From: Trichlorobacter lovleyi SZ
GTDB taxonomy: Bacteria; Desulfobacterota; Desulfuromonadia; Geobacterales; Pseudopelobacteraceae
Length of the DNA stretch: 32,000 nucleotides
Direction: 5' to 3'
NCBI RefSeq assembly: GCF_000020385.1
Contig: NC_010814.1
Location: 390,001 to 422,000 of the forward strand
The translations under genes and the position numbers were made by a program. Position 1 is the stretch's first letter. Each line of letters begins with the position of its first letter. The notes under the pieces are model-generated. The model did not search any database. It saw nothing but the letters and a program-made list of their open reading frames with translations, and was not told the DNA's origin. Below, piece after piece: positions 1 to 8,864 of this stretch.

Positions 1-1
1 G

Positions 2-883
2 ATCAATGCCAACTACGGCATCTGGATCGGCCACCCAGAGGAGAATCTGGCCTGGGATCTGGTGGCAGGCGCCCGCCGGGCGATTGTGGAACATCACCCC
101 GAAGCCGCCCGTCAGCTTGCCAACGCCGGTATGGATGGCGATCAGGTGGCCCGCCTGCTCTGTACCTCGCTCTACGCAGCCGAAGGCAGCGACTGGTTCT
201 GGTGGTTTGGTGACGACCACTTCTCGCCCCACAGTGATCGTTTTGACCGGCTGTTCCGTCAGCATCTCACCAATATCTACACCATGCTGGGAATCAGTCC
301 GCCCCGGGAGTTGCTGGAGCCGATCAAGAAGAAGAGCCCCGCAGGTCTGGTGCGTGAACCGGCCGGTTTCATCGAGCCCGAGATCAACGGCCGGGTGGGC
401 GACTACTTTGAATGGCTGGCAGCCGGCCTGTTTGACCTGACTCGCCAGGGGTCTGCCATGCACTCGTCTGATCGCCTGCTGCAGGGCTTTTACTGGGGCT
501 ATAACCATGCTCAGCTCTACTTCAGAATTGACGGTATCCAGGAACTCTCGCGCCTGTTGAAAGAGAACGACATCCTGGCCCTGCATCTGATTGCCGACCG
601 GGAATACCGTCTGCCGATGCAGCGCAGCATGGAAGAAGGGCTGTTACTGGTAAGGGAGCTGGGCAACTGGACCCCTACCAACAGCTGCTGCCGCTGGGCC
701 ATTGACCGAACCTGCGAGGTGGCACTGCCGCTGGAAGGGCTGCATCTGCTGCCGAAATCCAAGCTGTTTGCCAGTGTGACCCTGACCCGTAACAGCGAAG
801 AGATCGGGCGCTGGCCGTCGGATGCGCCGTTGATGCTGAATTATGAAGGGCCGGACCTGGAAGCAAATGACTGGCTGATTTGA
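2..883 (+). CDS. Glycoside hydrolase family 57 protein, C-terminal part (5' end lies outside the window)
   Basis: The frame is open from base 2. The translation INANYGIWIGHPEENLAWD...AEGSDWFWWFGDDH carries the GH57-typical SDWFWW(F/Y)GDD block. Stop at 881-883. Confidence 0.75.
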   Translation: MNANYGIWIGHPEENLAWDLVAGARRAIVEHHPEAARQLANAGMDGDQVARLLCTSLYAAEGSDWFWWFGDDHFSPHSDRFDRLFRQHLTNIYTMLGISPPRELLEPIKKKSPAGLVREPAGFIEPEINGRVGDYFEWLAAGLFDLTRQGSAMHSSDRLLQGFYWGYNHAQLYFRIDGIQELSRLLKENDILALHLIADREYRLPMQRSMEEGLLLVRELGNWTPTNSCCRWAIDRTCEVALPLEGLHLLPKSKLFASVTLTRNSEEIGRWPSDAPLMLNYEGPDLEANDWLI

Positions 884-1017
884 AACGGTCTTTTTCCGTC
901 CTGGCCCCGCCAATCTTCGGAATGTCTTGTGCAGCGTACTGCACGGTACGCCTCCGCGCCATTCCTTGATTGACGAGCCCATAACGAAAAAATCCTCGTT
1001 TCTATACAAAGAAGGGT

Positions 1018-2049
1018 ATGTCTATGTCCGAATTGCGTTGGGACCCATTAAAACTGCACTGGGTGATTATTGCCACCGAACGGGGCCGCCGTCCGCGGGA
1101 CTTCCAGTCTGAGCCGGAGCCGCTGCCGGTTACCTCCTGTCCGTTCTGTTACGGCAATGAAGACAAGACCCCGCCGGAGATCTTTGCCATCCGTCCCAGC
1201 GGCATGCCCAATACCCCCAACTGGAAGGTGCGGGTAATCCCCAACAAATACCCGGCGCTGCGGATTGAAGGTGAGCTGGAAAACCGGGGGCATGGCCCCT
1301 ATGACGTGATGAACGGTATCGGTGCCCATGAGGTGATTATTGAGACACCGGATCATGACAAATCCATGGCTGATCTGGCACCTGCTGAACTGACAGATGT
1401 GCTGGTTACGTGGCGTACGCGCCTGCTTGACCTGCGCCGGGATTTCCGTTTCCGTTACATGATCCTGTTCAAGAACCATGGCGCACGGGCCGGTGCCTCG
1501 CTGGCCCACTCCCACAGTCAGCTGATTGCCGTGCCGATGCTGCCGCCGGTGGCCACCACCGAGCTGAAGGTCTGCCGCACCCACTATGCCAACAAGGAGC
1601 GCTGCCTGTTTTGTGACCTGATCACCTTTGAGCTGGAACAGGGGGTGCGGGTGGTGCGGGAGTTTTCCAATTTTGTGACTCTGGCTCCTTACGCTGCCAG
1701 CTTTCCCTTTGAGCTGCGGCTGTATCCCAAGCGGCACAGCCATGACTTTGCCCTGATGAACGACGCGCAGCTGGCAGAGCTGGCCGTGGCCCTCAAGGAT
1801 ATGCTGATGCGGGTCAAGCTGGTGTTGAAGGATGCCCCCTACAACTTTATCCTGCACACCTGTCCGCCAATGCACAAGCGTCCCGGCAAGCCTGCTATGT
1901 GGACCTCGCTTGAGTATGACTACCACTGGCATATCGAGCTGGTGCCGCGCCTGACCTCCATTGCCGGTTTTGAATGGGGCACCGGTTTTTTCATTAATCC
2001 GACCTCGCCGGAGGATGCAGCCCTGTTCCTGCGTGAGGCGGAGGTCTAG
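1018..2049 (+). CDS. galT: Galactose-1-phosphate uridylyltransferase family (GalT-type nucleotidyl transferase)
   Basis: N-terminal CPFC zinc motif, the HSHSQ (HxHxQ) active-site motif and a length of 343 aa all fit. A purine-rich stretch precedes the ATG. Confidence 0.8.
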   Translation: MSMSELRWDPLKLHWVIIATERGRRPRDFQSEPEPLPVTSCPFCYGNEDKTPPEIFAIRPSGMPNTPNWKVRVIPNKYPALRIEGELENRGHGPYDVMNGIGAHEVIIETPDHDKSMADLAPAELTDVLVTWRTRLLDLRRDFRFRYMILFKNHGARAGASLAHSHSQLIAVPMLPPVATTELKVCRTHYANKERCLFCDLITFELEQGVRVVREFSNFVTLAPYAASFPFELRLYPKRHSHDFALMNDAQLAELAVALKDMLMRVKLVLKDAPYNFILHTCPPMHKRPGKPAMWTSLEYDYHWHIELVPRLTSIAGFEWGTGFFINPTSPEDAALFLREAEV

Positions 2050-2913
2050 TTGTCTCACCCCCGTTCCCTCAAAAAGATACTGGAACAGCTCTATGCAGAC
2101 CGTTCCCCACAGCATCTGGCCAATGACCCGCTTTCCTTTTGCCACCGCTATCATGCCCCGGCTGATCAGGAGGTTGCCGCCCTGATCGCGGCGGTATTTG
2201 CCTACGGTTCGGTCAAGGTGATCAAAGGCAGTCTCAGCCGCATTTTCAGCATCATGGGTGATTCTCCGGCAGGTTTTGTGGATGGCTTTGATCCGAAGCG
2301 GGACAGGCAACTCTGTAGCGGCTTTAAACATCGCTTTAACGATGCCGATGATCTGGCGGCCCTGTTTTGGGCCATCCGGCTGATGCGGCAACAGCAGGGC
2401 GGTATTGAGAGGTTTTTCTGCCGGTTTTTTGAGGCGAATGCAGCGACGGTAGAACAGGCCTTGAACGGTTTTTGCGCTGCAGTAACCGCTCTTGATTACC
2501 GGCTGCTCTTTGGCAGCGCAGCTCTGCCGCCGGAAAGCAGCTTCCGTTTTCTGTTCCCCTCGCCATCCGGCGGCAGTGCCTGCAAGCGGCTCTGTATGTT
2601 TCTGCGCTGGGTGGTGCGTCCTGCGGACGGTATCGACCTGGGACTTTGGCAACAGGTGCGCCCGGCCCAGCTGGTTATTCCGGTGGATCGGCATATCGAG
2701 CGGATCAGCCGGATGCTTGGTCTGACCAGCCGTCGCACTCCGGACTGGCGTATGGCCTGTGAAATCACTGCGGCGCTCAGGCAGTTTGACCCGCTGGATC
2801 CGGTTAAGTACGACTTTTCAATCTGTCATCTGGGGATTTCCGAAGGATGTAACGGTACAAGCTCGGCGTCATGCCCTGGCTGTCCGGTAAAGCGGCACTG
2901 CCGGGCAGTATAA
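2050..2913 (+). CDS. TIGR02757/DUF2400-like conserved protein
   Basis: TTG start 6 nt after a GGAGG and immediately after the galT stop. The overall sequence (DPLSFCHRY..., C-terminal Cys cluster) matches my recollection of TIGR02757 family members. Family assignment is from memory only. Confidence 0.55.
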   Translation: MSHPRSLKKILEQLYADRSPQHLANDPLSFCHRYHAPADQEVAALIAAVFAYGSVKVIKGSLSRIFSIMGDSPAGFVDGFDPKRDRQLCSGFKHRFNDADDLAALFWAIRLMRQQQGGIERFFCRFFEANAATVEQALNGFCAAVTALDYRLLFGSAALPPESSFRFLFPSPSGGSACKRLCMFLRWVVRPADGIDLGLWQQVRPAQLVIPVDRHIERISRMLGLTSRRTPDWRMACEITAALRQFDPLDPVKYDFSICHLGISEGCNGTSSASCPGCPVKRHCRAV

Positions 2914-3008
2914 GTAAATTGACACCGGCTGGTCATTCTGCTACACAATACGTTGATTTTTCAGCTGTTAAGAGCACTCACGATATCACTGCCGACAGGG
3001 AGCTGGCG

Positions 3009-4652
3009 ATGATCATTCAATGCGAACAATGCCGGACCAAATTCAAGCTTGATGACGAGAAGGTGTCGGATCGGGGGGTCAAGGTCCGTTGCGCCAAATG
3101 TCGCCATGTCTTTACGGTGCGCAAGGATGTTGCACAGGCCGGGGCAGTGGATGCGATGCTGCCGGAAACGGTAGCGGCAGCACCTTTTCCCGTTTCCGAT
3201 GAAACGGTCCGTATGGCTGCAGCTCCGGCTTCAGAGCCTGAGGTTGCCGGTTTTTCCGCAGAACCTGAGGTCGCCTTTGATTTTGGCGCCGCTCCGGTGG
3301 AGGCAGCCGTCCCGGATGCTGTCCCCTTCAGTTTTGAGCAGCCCGAAGCAGCAGCCGGCAGCAGCTTTGACTTTGGTGATGTCGCTTTCACGACAGAGCC
3401 CCCTGTTGCCCCGGCAGCAGCTGATTTTGGTGAAATGACCATGGTCATGCCGCCGAAACAGCAGGCAGCTGAAGCGATACCGGAATTCAGTCTGGAGTTC
3501 GGTAGCGCGGCTGTGGCGGCTCCGGCCACGCCTGCAGCAGATGAAGCGGCCTTTGATTTTGGTGACGCCCTGGCCTCATCGTCGATATCAGATGCCACTG
3601 CCCAAAAGGTTGAGTTCGATTTTGGCGACCAGGCCTCCTCAGCGGTTGCCCAGACTGGTGACATCGATCTGGCCGGTTTTGACTTTGGAACGGCCCCTGC
3701 AGCGGCAGTCACTATTCCAACAGGAATTGATACAACTGATTTCAGTGATTTCAGTGCCGCAACGGCTCCGCAGTCAGCGGTTGCCGGTGGTTTCAGCTTT
3801 GATGATGCCGTCCCCCAGCCTGCAACAGCCGCTACTGACAGCTTTGACTTCTCCGGGGTTGATTTGGGAATGGGCCAGCCTCAAACAACAGTTCCTGCCT
3901 CAGAGGTGGATACGTTCAGCCTGGGTGAGGTGGACTTCAGCAGTGACACCGCAGCTGTTGCGGTAGACGCCTCGGCAACTGCGCCAGCAGGCACCCTGTT
4001 TGCGCCGGTAGAGGAGTCGGTCGTCCGCCAACAGGAGATTGCGAAGCCGGATATCAGTTTTGATCTGCCGGGTGCTACTGACGAACAGCCGCCTTCAATT
4101 ACCTCCCGCCGCCGCCAGAGCTCAACGCTTTCGATTCTGATTGCGGTGATCACGGTGGTGGTGCTCGCTGTGTTGGGCTACATGGCCTACAGCTTTATCA
4201 GTGACGGTCCCAAGGCGGTCTCCCTCTTCGGTAATAAGGCCGGAGTGCCGGTTGAGGATGGCAAGATTACAGTGCAGAATATCAAGGCCTACTTTATTCC
4301 CAAGGCTGCCGCCGGTGAACTGCTGGTCATAACCGGTGAGGCCTTGAACAACTTCAAGAAACCCCGTGCGGCCCTGCAGGTGAAGGGGATGGTCTTTGGT
4401 GCTGCCAATCAGGCTGTTGCCACCAAGACCGCCTATGCCGGCAATCTGCTGACGAAAGAACAGCTTGCCGAGATGCCGGCTGAAAAGATCGAGGCAGCCA
4501 TGAACAACCAGTTCGGGGACTCTCTGGCTAATCTGGAGGTTCAGCCCGGCAAGACCATTCCGTTTACGATAGTAATTATCAATCCCCCCGTCGACGGCAA
4601 GGAGTTCGGAGTTGAGCCGGTGGGATCAACGGTGGCTGCGGCTGGCAAGTAA
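3009..4652 (+). CDS. MJ0042-type zinc-ribbon protein with a low-complexity FDFG-repeat linker, one TM helix and a DUF3426-like C-terminal domain
   Basis: ATG at 3009 gives MIIQCEQCRTKFKLDD...VRCAKCRHVFTV (CxxC-N17-CxxC zinc ribbon). A hydrophobic segment LSILIAVITVVVLAVLGYMAY follows. I chose the internal ATG over the ORF-track start at 2871, which overlaps the upstream gene. Confidence 0.75.
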   Translation: MIIQCEQCRTKFKLDDEKVSDRGVKVRCAKCRHVFTVRKDVAQAGAVDAMLPETVAAAPFPVSDETVRMAAAPASEPEVAGFSAEPEVAFDFGAAPVEAAVPDAVPFSFEQPEAAAGSSFDFGDVAFTTEPPVAPAAADFGEMTMVMPPKQQAAEAIPEFSLEFGSAAVAAPATPAADEAAFDFGDALASSSISDATAQKVEFDFGDQASSAVAQTGDIDLAGFDFGTAPAAAVTIPTGIDTTDFSDFSAATAPQSAVAGGFSFDDAVPQPATAATDSFDFSGVDLGMGQPQTTVPASEVDTFSLGEVDFSSDTAAVAVDASATAPAGTLFAPVEESVVRQQEIAKPDISFDLPGATDEQPPSITSRRRQSSTLSILIAVITVVVLAVLGYMAYSFISDGPKAVSLFGNKAGVPVEDGKITVQNIKAYFIPKAAAGELLVITGEALNNFKKPRAALQVKGMVFGAANQAVATKTAYAGNLLTKEQLAEMPAEKIEAAMNNQFGDSLANLEVQPGKTIPFTIVIINPPVDGKEFGVEPVGSTVAAAGK

Positions 4653-4683
4653 TCGGGTGAATGTGTTTGAACGCAGCAAGAAA

Positions 4684-4718
4684 GGGCTGCCCGGTAATCC
4701 GGGCAGCCCTTTTGTTTG
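4684..4718. terminator. Hairpin terminator between convergent genes
   Basis: gggctgcccgg-taat-ccgggcagccc (perfect 11-bp stem) is followed by tttTgtttg on the + strand and by a weaker T-rich run on the - strand. Confidence 0.6.
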
Positions 4719-4783
4719 TACTGCACCTGCTGCACTGATTGATTCCGGAAACGAGGTCTTTTACGGCGTTTCCGTCAAGAAGG

Positions 4784-5281
4784 CTAAACGATCTCTACCA
4801 GTTTGATCTCAAAGGTCAGATCCTGTCCGGCCAGCGGATGGTTGGCATCCAGGGTGACGGTGGTCTCGGTTACTTCGGTGATCAGGACCGGCATGGATGA
4901 ATCATCCTGCAAAACCACCTCAAGTTGCTGTCCTTCAATCGGTTCTATTTCGCCGCTCAGCTCTGACCGGTCGACCACTGCAACCATCTGCTCATGCCGG
5001 GGGCCATAGGCCTCGTCAGCCGGAATGGTCACCTTGATGCTCTCGCCTACGGAAAGTCCCAGCACCGCTTTTTCAAAACCGGGTATGACGTTGCCGCCGC
5101 CGATGGTGAATTCAAGCGGCTCGCAGCCGCAGTCGCTGCCGGTGCCGCAGCCGCCGGAACTGCTGCAGCTACAGCCGCAGCTGTCCTGTTCTACTGTCTC
5201 GGAAGAGTCGAAAATTGAGCCGTCCTGCAGGGTGCCGGTGTAGTGTACCCGGACGGTATCGCCCTGTTGTGCCTGTGCCAT
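4784..5281 (-). CDS. slyD: FKBP-type peptidyl-prolyl isomerase, SlyD-like, with an internal Cys-rich insertion
   Basis: GDTVRVHYTGTLQDGSIFDSS...LEFTIGGGNVIPGFEKAV is the FKBP core. An IF-type insert and C-terminal LDANHPLAGQDLTFEIKLVEI follow. A CGCSCSSSGGCGTGSDCGC segment is inserted after the DSS motif. Confidence 0.8.
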   Translation of the reverse strand: MAQAQQGDTVRVHYTGTLQDGSIFDSSETVEQDSCGCSCSSSGGCGTGSDCGCEPLEFTIGGGNVIPGFEKAVLGLSVGESIKVTIPADEAYGPRHEQMVAVVDRSELSGEIEPIEGQQLEVVLQDDSSMPVLITEVTETTVTLDANHPLAGQDLTFEIKLVEIV

Positions 5282-5337
5282 TGGAATGTCCTTTCATGCC
5301 ATAAATAACCTGCCCTTCCAGGGAGCAGGAACTGAAG

Positions 5338-5643
5338 TTATGCGGGGGGGATCAGCTGTTCAATCTGTTGCGTGGTGGCTCCTGCAATCCGGAGCCGTTT
5401 GTGTCGCGAGCTGTCCCCGGAGATGAGGGTGACGGCAGATTTGGGAACCTTCAGCTGTTTTGCCAGAAATTCGCGGCAACACTCATTGGCAGCCCCATCC
5501 ACCGGGGGGGAGGTCAGGCGCAGCTTCAGCTCACCTTCGTGAATGCCGCAAAACTGGTTGCGGGAGGCCCTGGGCTGGACAAAGACCCGCAGCAGCAGTG
5601 CATCTCCCTGTTGAGACCAGGGTAACGCGGGACTACTGTTCAC
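5338..5643 (-). CDS. yggU: DUF167 (YggU) family protein
   Basis: LLLRVFVQPRASRNQF...LKLRLTSPPVDGAANE...LAKQLKVPKSAVTLISGDSSRHKRLRI is the characteristic YggU pattern. It overlaps the divIVA-like stop by 11 nt. Confidence 0.8.
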   Translation of the reverse strand: MNSSPALPWSQQGDALLLRVFVQPRASRNQFCGIHEGELKLRLTSPPVDGAANECCREFLAKQLKVPKSAVTLISGDSSRHKRLRIAGATTQQIEQLIPPA

Positions 5644-6082
5644 CGCTGCCGATCATCCGGACATGGTTGTCCAGCAGTGCCTTGAACTCCATTTCAAACT
5701 GCAGCTTCTGGCGGCGGACATCCTGTATCCGTGCCTGCAGGTCGGCCACTTTGCGCTCAGCCTCATCCACCAGTCGTCTGGCCTGCAGCTGGGCCTCTGA
5801 GACGATCAGCGCTGCCTCTTTCTGGGCATTGGCCTTCATCTCATCGGTAATCCGCTGGGCCGCCAGCATGGTCTCACGCAGGTCCTTTTCGCGCTGGGCA
5901 TGCTCACTCAGCTCACGGGTCTGGCGATTGGCCTGCTCTTTCAGCTCGGTATTTTCACGCAGCAGCCCTTCCATCTCAACCGCCACGGCCTGCAGAAAGC
6001 TGTCCACATCGTCAGGATCAAGGCCGCCCAGCATCTTGCCCTTAAACTGCTGCTGCCGTATATCGAGGGGGGTAATGGTCAT
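5633..6082 (-). CDS. DivIVA domain-containing protein
   Basis: N-terminus MTITPLDIRQQQFKGKMLGGLDPDDVDSFLQAV is the canonical DivIVA N-domain and is followed by a coiled coil. It sits in yggT-divIVA-yggU synteny. Confidence 0.8.
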   Translation of the reverse strand: MTITPLDIRQQQFKGKMLGGLDPDDVDSFLQAVAVEMEGLLRENTELKEQANRQTRELSEHAQREKDLRETMLAAQRITDEMKANAQKEAALIVSEAQLQARRLVDEAERKVADLQARIQDVRRQKLQFEMEFKALLDNHVRMIGSGEQ

Positions 6083-6088
6083 GGGGTA

Positions 6089-6412
6089 TTACCTCAGTTT
6101 CAGGATCATGCTGTAGTTGATCAGGTACTGGTACAGGGTGTTCAACACGACAATCTGCACCACATAGATCAGGGCAAAGGCCACCAGCGGCGAGAGATCC
6201 ACCGGTCCCATGGCGGGCATCCTGCGGCGGATGCGGGAGAGCAGCGGTTCAGTCACCCGGTACAGAAAGCTCACAATCGGGTTATAGGGATCGGGGTTGA
6301 CCCAGGTGATCAGGGCAGCTGCAATCAGGATATATTTGTAGACCGTCAGCAGCCCGTCAGCCAGCTCAACAATCTTGGCCAGTGCATACAGAATATTGCC
6401 GAAAAGGATCAT
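6089..6412 (-). CDS. yggT: YggT family membrane protein
   Basis: The internal ATG at 6412 is preceded by GGAGG (fwd 6424-6428). The protein has hydrophobic helices plus the WVNPDPYNP...TEPLLSRIRR YggT signature. Confidence 0.75.
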   Translation of the reverse strand: MILFGNILYALAKIVELADGLLTVYKYILIAAALITWVNPDPYNPIVSFLYRVTEPLLSRIRRRMPAMGPVDLSPLVAFALIYVVQIVVLNTLYQYLINYSMILKLR

Positions 6413-6572
6413 GGTGTCAGTAACCTCCCAAACTTCATAGCCTTGCACTATGCAGCAATCGTTTGGGAAAGTCAAAAGCTCTCTTGGTTTACGGTGCTGT
6501 CGACACCCTTGTCAGGGTGGTGCAATTCTGTTAATGCTGTCTCACTATTTCATCCCTAAGGATATCCATCAT

Positions 6573-7364
6573 ATGCCCGCATCCCGTTTTCTTGATTGTG
6601 CCATTGAGGCAGCCCTGGCTGCCGGGCAGTTGCAGCGCTCACGTTTTGATGCCGCTTTTTCAATTGACCTGAAAGGGGCCAAGAATCTGGTGACCGAGCT
6701 GGATCTGGCCTCAGAGGCGTTGATTGTTGAGAAGATCCACGCCCGCTTTCCTGAACATGGCATCCTAGCTGAAGAAGGGGATTATCCGGCCGGTGATGGC
6801 CGGCATGTCTGGATAATCGACCCGCTGGACGGCACCACCAACTATGCCCACGGCTATCCCTGGTTTTGCGTCTCCATCGCCCTGGCTGTGGGGGGAGAAC
6901 TGGTGGTAGGGGCGATCTACAACCCGATGACCGATGAGCTGTTCAGCGCAACCACCGGCGGGGGGGCCTTCCGCAACGGCCGCAGGCTGTCCGTATCGAA
7001 TCGCCAGCCGCTGGCATCGGCCTTGCTGGGTACAGGTTTTCCCTATGATTGTGCCACTGACCCGGAAAACAACTTTGACCATTTCATCCGTTTCCAGAAG
7101 GCTGCCCGCGGTATCAGGCGGGCCGGTGCTGCCGCCCTTGACCTGGCCTATCTGGCCGCCGGACGCCTGGACGGCTTCTGGGAGGTCAAGCTGAAGCCGT
7201 GGGATGTGGCAGCCGGTACCCTGCTGGTCCGTGAGGCAGGCGGTCTGGTCAGCGCCTTTGACGGTAGCGACTATGAGGTGACCGATCACCGCATCCTGGC
7301 CAGTAACGGCCTGATCCATGACGAAATGATCGCCCTGCTGGCGGCGGAAGAGGAACAGCCATGA
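6573..7364 (+). CDS. suhB: Inositol monophosphatase family protein (SuhB-like)
   Basis: WIIDPLDGTTNYAHGYPWFCVSIAL and WDVAAG motifs are present. ATG 6573 was chosen because the upstream part of the ORF has no homology-like character. Confidence 0.85.
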   Translation: MPASRFLDCAIEAALAAGQLQRSRFDAAFSIDLKGAKNLVTELDLASEALIVEKIHARFPEHGILAEEGDYPAGDGRHVWIIDPLDGTTNYAHGYPWFCVSIALAVGGELVVGAIYNPMTDELFSATTGGGAFRNGRRLSVSNRQPLASALLGTGFPYDCATDPENNFDHFIRFQKAARGIRRAGAAALDLAYLAAGRLDGFWEVKLKPWDVAAGTLLVREAGGLVSAFDGSDYEVTDHRILASNGLIHDEMIALLAAEEEQP

Positions 7365-7696
7365 AACGTCCGATTATCGCACTGCTGCTTTCAGGCCTGA
7401 TCCTGCCCGGCCTGGGCCAACTGTATCTGGGGCGCCGCAACAAGGGGATCGCCCTGATCATGGCAGTCAACCTGCTGCTGCTGGCCGCTCTGTTTTTTGT
7501 GATGAAGATCGCCAGCCCGGTGATCGGTGCGTACCTGACCGGTACCCCCTTGACCCCGGCCCTGATCTTGCAACAGCTACAGCCGTATAACTTCTGGGCC
7601 AAGCTGCTGCTGGCAGCAGTTTTTGGTTTGTGGGGCTTTGGGTTGGTGGACCTTTTCAGTGCCTTTAAAGAACAGGATGACGTCACCCGCAATTGA
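7361..7696 (+). CDS. Small integral membrane protein, function unknown
   Basis: ATGA start/stop overlap with suhB. The 111-aa translation has three hydrophobic helices. Confidence 0.5.
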   Translation: MKRPIIALLLSGLILPGLGQLYLGRRNKGIALIMAVNLLLLAALFFVMKIASPVIGAYLTGTPLTPALILQQLQPYNFWAKLLLAAVFGLWGFGLVDLFSAFKEQDDVTRN

Positions 7697-7711
7697 CAAA
7701 CACTGTTTGTC
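7695..7711. promoter_or_regulatory. Perfect 8-1-8 palindrome (candidate operator) overlapping a TTGACA -35-like hexamer upstream of the fabH paralog
   Basis: GACAAACA-C-TGTTTGTC. TTGACA lies at 7693-7698, with GATAGT about 18 nt downstream as a possible -10. A 1-nt centre makes an RNA hairpin unlikely, so a DNA-binding site is favoured. Confidence 0.35.
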
Positions 7712-7773
7712 TGTGCGATAGTAATCAGACTTTAACGAAGGGACGTTCGCAGTTTGATGCGACGAACAGTATA

Positions 7774-8757
7774 ATGATGCAATCATGTATTATTGGCAGC
7801 GGTGCCGGCCTGCCGGAACGGGTGGTCGGCAATGATTTTTTCTCCTACCTGGTTGATGATGCCGATGAGTGGATCTCCTCCCGTACCGGTATTCGTGAAC
7901 GGCGTTTTGTCAGCCCTGATGAATCAACCTCTGATCTGGCCACACGAGCCGCCCGGGCTGCACTGACCGATGCCGCTATCAGTGCCGATGAGATTGACTG
8001 CATTGTGGTCGGCACCTCCACGCCGGACATGATCCTGCCTGCCACCGCCTGCATGGTGCAAAAAGAGATCGGCGCTAAAAACGCCTTTGCCTTTGACATT
8101 AACTCGGTCTGCGGCAGCTTTGTCTTTGCCCTTGATACGGCAGACAGTTTCATCCGGGCCGGCAAGGCCCGTACGGCCCTGGTGATCGGGGCCGACACCT
8201 ATTCCAAGATCCTCAACTTTGACGATAAGACCACGGCCCCGCTGTTTGGCGATGGTGCTGCAGCCGTGATCATCCGCGGCGAGGAAGGCTCGGAAAAGGG
8301 GATTATTACCTCATTCATCCGTACCGACGGCAACGGCTGGCCCCTGATTCAGGTGCCGTCTTCCGGTTCTCGCAAGCCGGTTACCGCAGAAACCATCGCC
8401 GCCAAAGAGAACACCTTCTACATGGCGGGCAAGCCGGTCTATGTCTTCGCCACCAGCGCCATTCCTGAACTGATCCAGACCATCTGCAGCAAGGCCGGTA
8501 TCCAGCCTGCCGATCTTGACTGGCTGATTCCCCACCAGGCCAACCTGCGGATTATTGATGCCGTTGCCAAAAAACATGACATCCCCAAGGAAAAGTTTCT
8601 GGTCAACCTGCAAAAATACGGCAACACCTCGGCTGCCTCGGTCGGTCTGGCCCTGAATGAATTCCGGCAGGACGGCACCATCAAGCCGGGCCAGCTGGTA
8701 CTGGTGATGGGCTTTGGCGGTGGTCTTTCCTGGGGCGGGCTCTTGATTAGATTTTAA
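7774..8757 (+). CDS. fabH: 3-oxoacyl-ACP synthase III (KAS III / FabH family)
   Basis: 328 aa from ATG 7774. It has the active-site C in INSVCGSF, the HQANLRII His motif and the GNTSAASV Asn motif. It is not in a plsX-fabD-fabG-acpP context, so it may be a paralog. Confidence 0.8.
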   Translation: MMQSCIIGSGAGLPERVVGNDFFSYLVDDADEWISSRTGIRERRFVSPDESTSDLATRAARAALTDAAISADEIDCIVVGTSTPDMILPATACMVQKEIGAKNAFAFDINSVCGSFVFALDTADSFIRAGKARTALVIGADTYSKILNFDDKTTAPLFGDGAAAVIIRGEEGSEKGIITSFIRTDGNGWPLIQVPSSGSRKPVTAETIAAKENTFYMAGKPVYVFATSAIPELIQTICSKAGIQPADLDWLIPHQANLRIIDAVAKKHDIPKEKFLVNLQKYGNTSAASVGLALNEFRQDGTIKPGQLVLVMGFGGGLSWGGLLIRF

Positions 8758-8791
8758 TCCTTCCACAGGATCACTTACGTTTGAGATACAA

Positions 8792-8821
8792 GGGACCGGT
8801 ACACTGCCGGTCCCTTTTTTT
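8792..8821 (+). terminator. Rho-independent terminator after fabH
   Basis: gggaccggt-acac-tgccggtccc is followed by tttttttt. Confidence 0.75.
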
Positions 8822-8836
8822 GTGGCACGATAAATC

Positions 8837-8852
8837 TGGCACAGCTCCTGCT
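8837..8852 (+). promoter_or_regulatory. Sigma-54-like -24/-12 element (TGGCAC-N5-CTGCT)
   Basis: GG-N10-GC spacing is correct and the -24 box is perfect. However, the predicted start site would fall only about 1-4 nt before the ATG at 8865, leaving no room for an RBS. Confidence 0.3.
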
Positions 8853-8864
8853 TTCTTTGCAGGT

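Noticed and set aside
929-944. GTGCAG-cgta-CTGCAC, a hairpin or palindrome between the GH57 gene and galT.
   Set aside because: The 6-bp stem has no T-run, and I found no second copy in the window. It cannot be distinguished from chance or a minor RNA stem.
1048-2694. A very long antisense ORF (548 aa). Similar long shadow ORFs occur at 10786-11766(-), 8311-9147(-), 12684-13439(-), 3017-3712(-) and 29845-30456(-).
   Set aside because: All lie opposite genes with clear family signatures. Their translations are Arg/Gly/Pro/Ala-rich low-information sequence typical of GC-rich shadow frames, and they lack RBS-linked starts.
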